A DNA stretch of 23,194 nucleotides, taken from NCBI GenBank assembly GCA_001179505.1, contig CDMY01000763.1, positions 1 through 23,194 on the forward strand. Direction: 5' to 3'. The notes under the pieces are model-generated. The model worked only from the letters and a program-made list of their open reading frames with translations, did not search any database and was not told the origin of the DNA. A program made the position numbers and the translations under genes. Positions within the stretch are counted from its first letter, which is position 1; the number at the start of each line of letters is the position of its first letter. This DNA comes from Vitrella brassicaformis CCMP3155. Lineage: Eukaryota > Protista > Chromerida. This document shows positions 19,768-23,194 of this stretch, in pieces.

Positions 19768-21316
19768 ATGCATCTCGATTCAGCATCATTGTGCGTCATA
19801 TCCGTGGCCCTCCTGCTGCCCCTCCGCACCGCCTCGTACCGCCCTCCGAGTCCCCACTCACTCACGACGTCCTTGACCCGCTCGCCATCTCCCATCAGGA
19901 AGGGCATGCGCAAGCAGAGCGGCAGACCGGCCCTACGAGCGGCGGTTGGGAGATCTGCGGTGGACCTGACCAAGCCACCACCAGCCAGAGTGTCGCTGCC
20001 GATTGCCATCCCCATGCCCAGCAGCGCACCCACTCTCGCCAACGGGGACTCAAGTGGTGGTGCCGCTGGCGGCCTGGTTGACCTGAGGAGGGTGGACTGT
20101 GAGCGGGCGGTGCGGGACCAGATCACGGCTTGCAAGGACGTCCCGTCGTTTGCAGTGTTTGTCGACGAGCGTCTGGACGAGCTGCGACGGGCAAGGTGGT
20201 GGTGTTTTTGTCGTGGAATGAGGTGCTCGACATCCTGTGCTTTGCGCTGCGGAAGAAAACCCTCCCATTCGTCAGATATGGGGGTGAGTGAGTGGACCGA
20301 CCGACCGACTAACAGAGAGAGCGAGACAGAGAGGGATGGCAGGCAGGGGCATGTCTTGTGTGTGCGGTTGGACTGCAGGGAGTACTCGAGCCAAGAGGGA
20401 GGAGTCGCTGAGGGCCTTCCTGCTCAACCCTGACATCCGCGTGCTCGTCTGCAACCTACACGTACACACCAAACCACACCAGACCAGACAGACACCATCA
20501 CGCTCTTGTCCATGTCCCTCTGTCCCTCTGTCTGTCTGTCTGTCTGTCTGTCAGCACGCCGGTCGTGGGCTGACCCTCACGGTGGCCAACCACGTGGTCC
20601 TGCTGGAGCCGCAGCTGAGTGCAGCCGACGAGGAACAGGCCGTTGGCCGCATCTACCGGATGGGCCAGAGGCGCCAATCACACGTCTGGCGCTACTTCAT
20701 CGCCGACACCATCGAAAGACGCATCAAGGACTTCACCAGCACCCCGGCTGCTGCTGCTTCCGGGGGGAATGACGAGCCGACTGGGGGCGATGAAGACGAC
20801 AATGGCGGCATGACGATGACGCGTCGGCGGATGTCTGTGTCCAAGAAGGGCGTGGGGGCCGCCGGGTCCCAGGCGGCACAGAACCCCGCCAGACATCTCA
20901 AGCAACAGGTGTGTATGTTTGCACCAGGAGTGAAGCAGCATAAAGGAAAGAAATATCCCTTGCTGCTCATCTGTGGTGTCTGTCAGTGGTTCACCTACGA
21001 AGACCTTGAGATGCTCTTCGGCCGCAACGACGTCGGACCACTCATGCCACCACCAGAAGAGCTACCATGCTCCTCCTCGTCTTCGTCTGCTGCTGCTGCT
21101 GCGGCAGCTTCTCCTCCATTGCCAGCAGCAGCAGCAGCAGCAGCAAATCCGTTCTCGTCGACGGGCATGCAGGAGGTGGATGGCCGTCGCGTGGTCGGTC
21201 GCGATGAGGAGAGTGAGGAGGAGGGCGACACCCCTCTGCAGCCGGGGGGCTCCGCGGCCCTGTGGGAGCCGGACTGTGAGTATGGAGACGACCTGCTCAT
21301 GATGATGGGCGGCTGA
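19768..21316 (+). CDS. SNF2-family (SHPRH/RAD5-RAD16-like) helicase C-terminal (HELICc) lobe only, with an apparent 1-nt frameshift near 20190; possible pseudogene
   Basis: Segments 19768/19906-~20192 (one frame), 20193-20283 (another frame), 20379-20461, 20555-20908, 20987-21316. Spliced KVVVFLSWNEVLDILCFALRKKTLPFVRYGGSTRAKREESLRAFLLNPDIRVLVCNLHHAGRGLTLTVANHVVLLEPQLSAADEEQAVGRIYRMGQRRQSHVWRYFIADTIERRI contains SNF2 motifs IV, V and VI. No Walker A or DExH motif is found upstream. Confidence 0.75.
21084..21143 (+). repeat. (GCT)n/(GCA)n trinucleotide tracts encoding poly-Ala in the SNF2-lobe tail
   Basis: gctgctgctgctgcggcagct and gcagcagcagcagcagca encode AAAAAAASPPLPAAAAAAA. Similar tracts occur at about 1251-1269 and 14010-14040. 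Confidence 0.8.
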
Positions 21317-22711
21317 CGAAGCGACACATACACACACATGCATGCTTTGATCAGATCGGTGGTTTAAGCCTTCTTTGTATTGTGTTGGTGTCGATTATCT
21401 GTGTGTGTCTATGGTGGCCTCCTTGTCTGTCTGTCTGTCTGTCTATCTTTCGTTCGTGTGTGCCGTGCCGCTGTGCTCTTTATGGGTTATGAGTGGATGG
21501 CTGGGTGTGTGTGCTGTGTGCATTTAGAGGGGAAGGAGTGACTGACACAGGTAGTTGGTTAGTTACTTACAGATAGATGGGTCCGTGTAGTAGTCTAGAC
21601 AGCTACCGCGGGATGGCCCTCTACAGGGAGGGAGGGAGGGAGGGAGGGGAGGGGGGGGGGGGCACAGCACGAGACCATTCAAGAAGGTCACGTCAGGAAG
21701 TCACTATAAGTGCCTGTCAGATAATGATGTGTGTCGTCAGTCAATTTGACGCGCTCTGTGGGTGAGTGAATGCATTCCTTATGTGTGCCAGTCAGTCAGA
21801 GGACGACAGACAGACAGACGTACACATACAGACCCATCATGACATCAATCAACCGACTGGGCAACGACCGGCGATCCATGCCATGCAGCAGCAGCAGCAG
21901 CGTCCAAGCCTGTCACCCACCCATCCCATCCCATCCCACTCTCTCTCTCTCCCCTCAAAGTGACAAGCAAGTAAAAACACAGCCAGGCCACTGGCGGCCA
22001 GGCCAGGTCTGTACAGGTCGGTCGGTCATTACAATGAAGTCAGTGGTTGGTCCATCCATTAGCCCCGCCGCAGCACTCACTAGCACGCCACGCCCTCTCG
22101 CTGGTATGTATACCTACACACGACACGGATGGCCATATGCGATCGATGCGCCCCATCCCTCTATTGCAATCCGTGTGTGCCTCCCCCCCGAGGCGAACGC
22201 GACAGCCAAGCCACGTGACAGCGGGTTGTTCCGTTGTCACGTCTGTCGCACGCCGCCGCGGGAAGCAAGCAGTGACACGTTCTGCGCAGAACCCGTAGCC
22301 TTACACTTCACAAGACCGACCGCTCTTGTCCATGTCCATCTGTCTGCCTGTCTGTCTGTCTGTTTGGGTATGTATGCCGCCGGCTACCATCCATCCATCC
22401 ATGTGGTGAGTGTGCTTGTGGGGGTTGGGCCAGGCGTCATACCCGAGCCGCTCGAGGCCGCACCGCAGCCACTCGTGCAGCATAGGCTGCCCACAGACAC
22501 ACACCAAAAGCACGCACACGAGTCACACACCCTCCCCCACTGCGGGCGTGCAGGCACGAATGTTCGTCTTGCTCATCCGTCTGTCTGCACACAGATATCC
22601 ACCAGGTACCTGCACACACGACACACACACGGAAGTCCCTCCCTCCCTCCCTCCAGTCTCTGCTTCTCTGTCTGCCGTCTTACCATCCGTACTCGATTTC
22701 CTTGCTCCTCG

Positions 22712-23194
22712 TCAATCGGTGACGGTGCGGCTCAGCCCCAAACTCTCCCTGTAGTCCTCCACCTTCAACCTCATCTTCTCTTCGTACTCCTCGATCTCCC
22801 TCTTGTTCTTCTTCTCGAGATACCTAACCCTCGCTGAAACGGTCAGCCAGATCGCGGTAGACGTGACGGCGACCCACACGACGAACACGCGAAAGTCATC
22901 GAGGCCGAACCACTTAAACAGCGAGTCGACGGCGTCGATGGCGGTATCGGGAGGCGTTGGCGTGCGCCTATCCTGGGACTCCCGCATTTGCTGCAGCTGC
23001 TCCTCGAGTGCCTTGATGCGTTCATTGGCCGTCCGAGCGTCCTCTTGTGAGCGGCGAAAGTCGTCCATGGCCTTCTGGAGCTCCTCGGTAGGCGGAGCCT
23101 TATGGCTGGTGCTCACATGACGGCGAAGGGACAGCACAGAGGTGGGCGGTGGCTCGAAGATACGCCCTGGCCGGACGACACGGAGGAAGCGGAA
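22712..23194 (-). CDS. 5'-partial coiled-coil / single transmembrane protein, possibly mitochondrial
   Basis: The frame is open from the window end (FRFLRVVRPGRIFEPPPTSVLSLRRHVSTSH..., Arg-rich and nearly acid-free, like a presequence). It continues through a coiled coil (EELQKAMDDFRRSQEDARTANERIKALEEQLQQM), a hydrophobic stretch (FRVFVVWVAVTSTAIWLTV) and a charged helix to TGA at 22714-22712. Family not recognised. Confidence 0.7.
   Translation of the reverse strand, partial: FRFLRVVRPGRIFEPPPTSVLSLRRHVSTSHKAPPTEELQKAMDDFRRSQEDARTANERIKALEEQLQQMRESQDRRTPTPPDTAIDAVDSLFKWFGLDDFRVFVVWVAVTSTAIWLTVSARVRYLEKKNKREIEEYEEKMRLKVEDYRESLGLSRTVTD

Noticed and set aside
19345-19773. ORFs 19345-19704 (+) and 19408-19773 (-) as extra SNF2 or PP2C exons
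   Set aside because: They show no SNF2_N motifs and no convincing phase-compatible splice junctions. They overlap the first PP2C exon and the putative promoter.
8584-21345. TGCATG/CATGCA motifs as ApiAP2 binding sites
   Set aside because: They occur in introns, 3' regions and low-complexity tracts with no promoter enrichment, so specific sites cannot be supported.
22292-22300. CCCGTAGCC resembling the start of the dinoflagellate spliced leader
   Set aside because: Only 9 nt match and the sequence diverges immediately after; this is expected by chance.
22712-22714. TGA as a selenocysteine codon
   Set aside because: No redox motif context and no recognisable SECIS-like structure was found downstream.
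21770-22837. 355-aa plus-strand ORF
   Set aside because: It runs through microsatellite tracts and antisense to the minus-strand gene and its intron-like segments, with no recognisable domain.
1-23194. Most long ORF-track ORFs rich in VCVC, THTH, QTDR, SVCL or GWMD (e.g. 410-769, 9444-9971, 10912-11475, 12442-12855)
   Set aside because: They are translations of intronic or intergenic microsatellites with few stop codons and carry no protein motifs.

Overview
Eukaryotic, intron-dense genomic DNA. GC-rich exons are separated by short (about 60-200 nt) introns filled with (AC)n/(GT)n, (CAGA)n/(TCTG)n and (GGAT)n microsatellites. This style resembles the chromerid alveolate Vitrella brassicaformis (inference from sequence style only). 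Most ORF-track ORFs are microsatellite artefacts, so genes were rebuilt by hand from GT-AG junctions with phase checks. Seven genes or gene fragments: (1) 5'-partial PH-domain-like gene (+, <95-1284); (2) 18-exon RNI-like LRR plus coiled-coil gene (-, 1642-5647, about 902 aa); (3) Ser/Pro-rich protein with a duplicated FxDPSGYxGLD motif (+, about 6067-7316); (4) MYND zinc finger plus putative OB-like domain gene (+, 7681-9126), possibly one gene with (3); (5) 23-exon AMPK-beta-type CBM48 plus PTC7-type PP2C phosphatase fusion (-, 13825-19523, about 987 aa); (6) SNF2/SHPRH-like helicase C-terminal lobe with no ATPase N-lobe and an apparent 1-nt frameshift (+, about 19768-21316); (7) 5'-partial coiled-coil/single-TM protein (-, 22712->23194). 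A 4.7-kb repeat-rich spacer lies at 9127-13824. Most notable: many introns carry self-complementary 5'/3' arms (up to 15-18 bp perfect), the glycogen/starch-binding PP2C fusion, and the orphan frameshifted SNF2 lobe. No rRNA, tRNA, CRISPR array or transposase was recognised.
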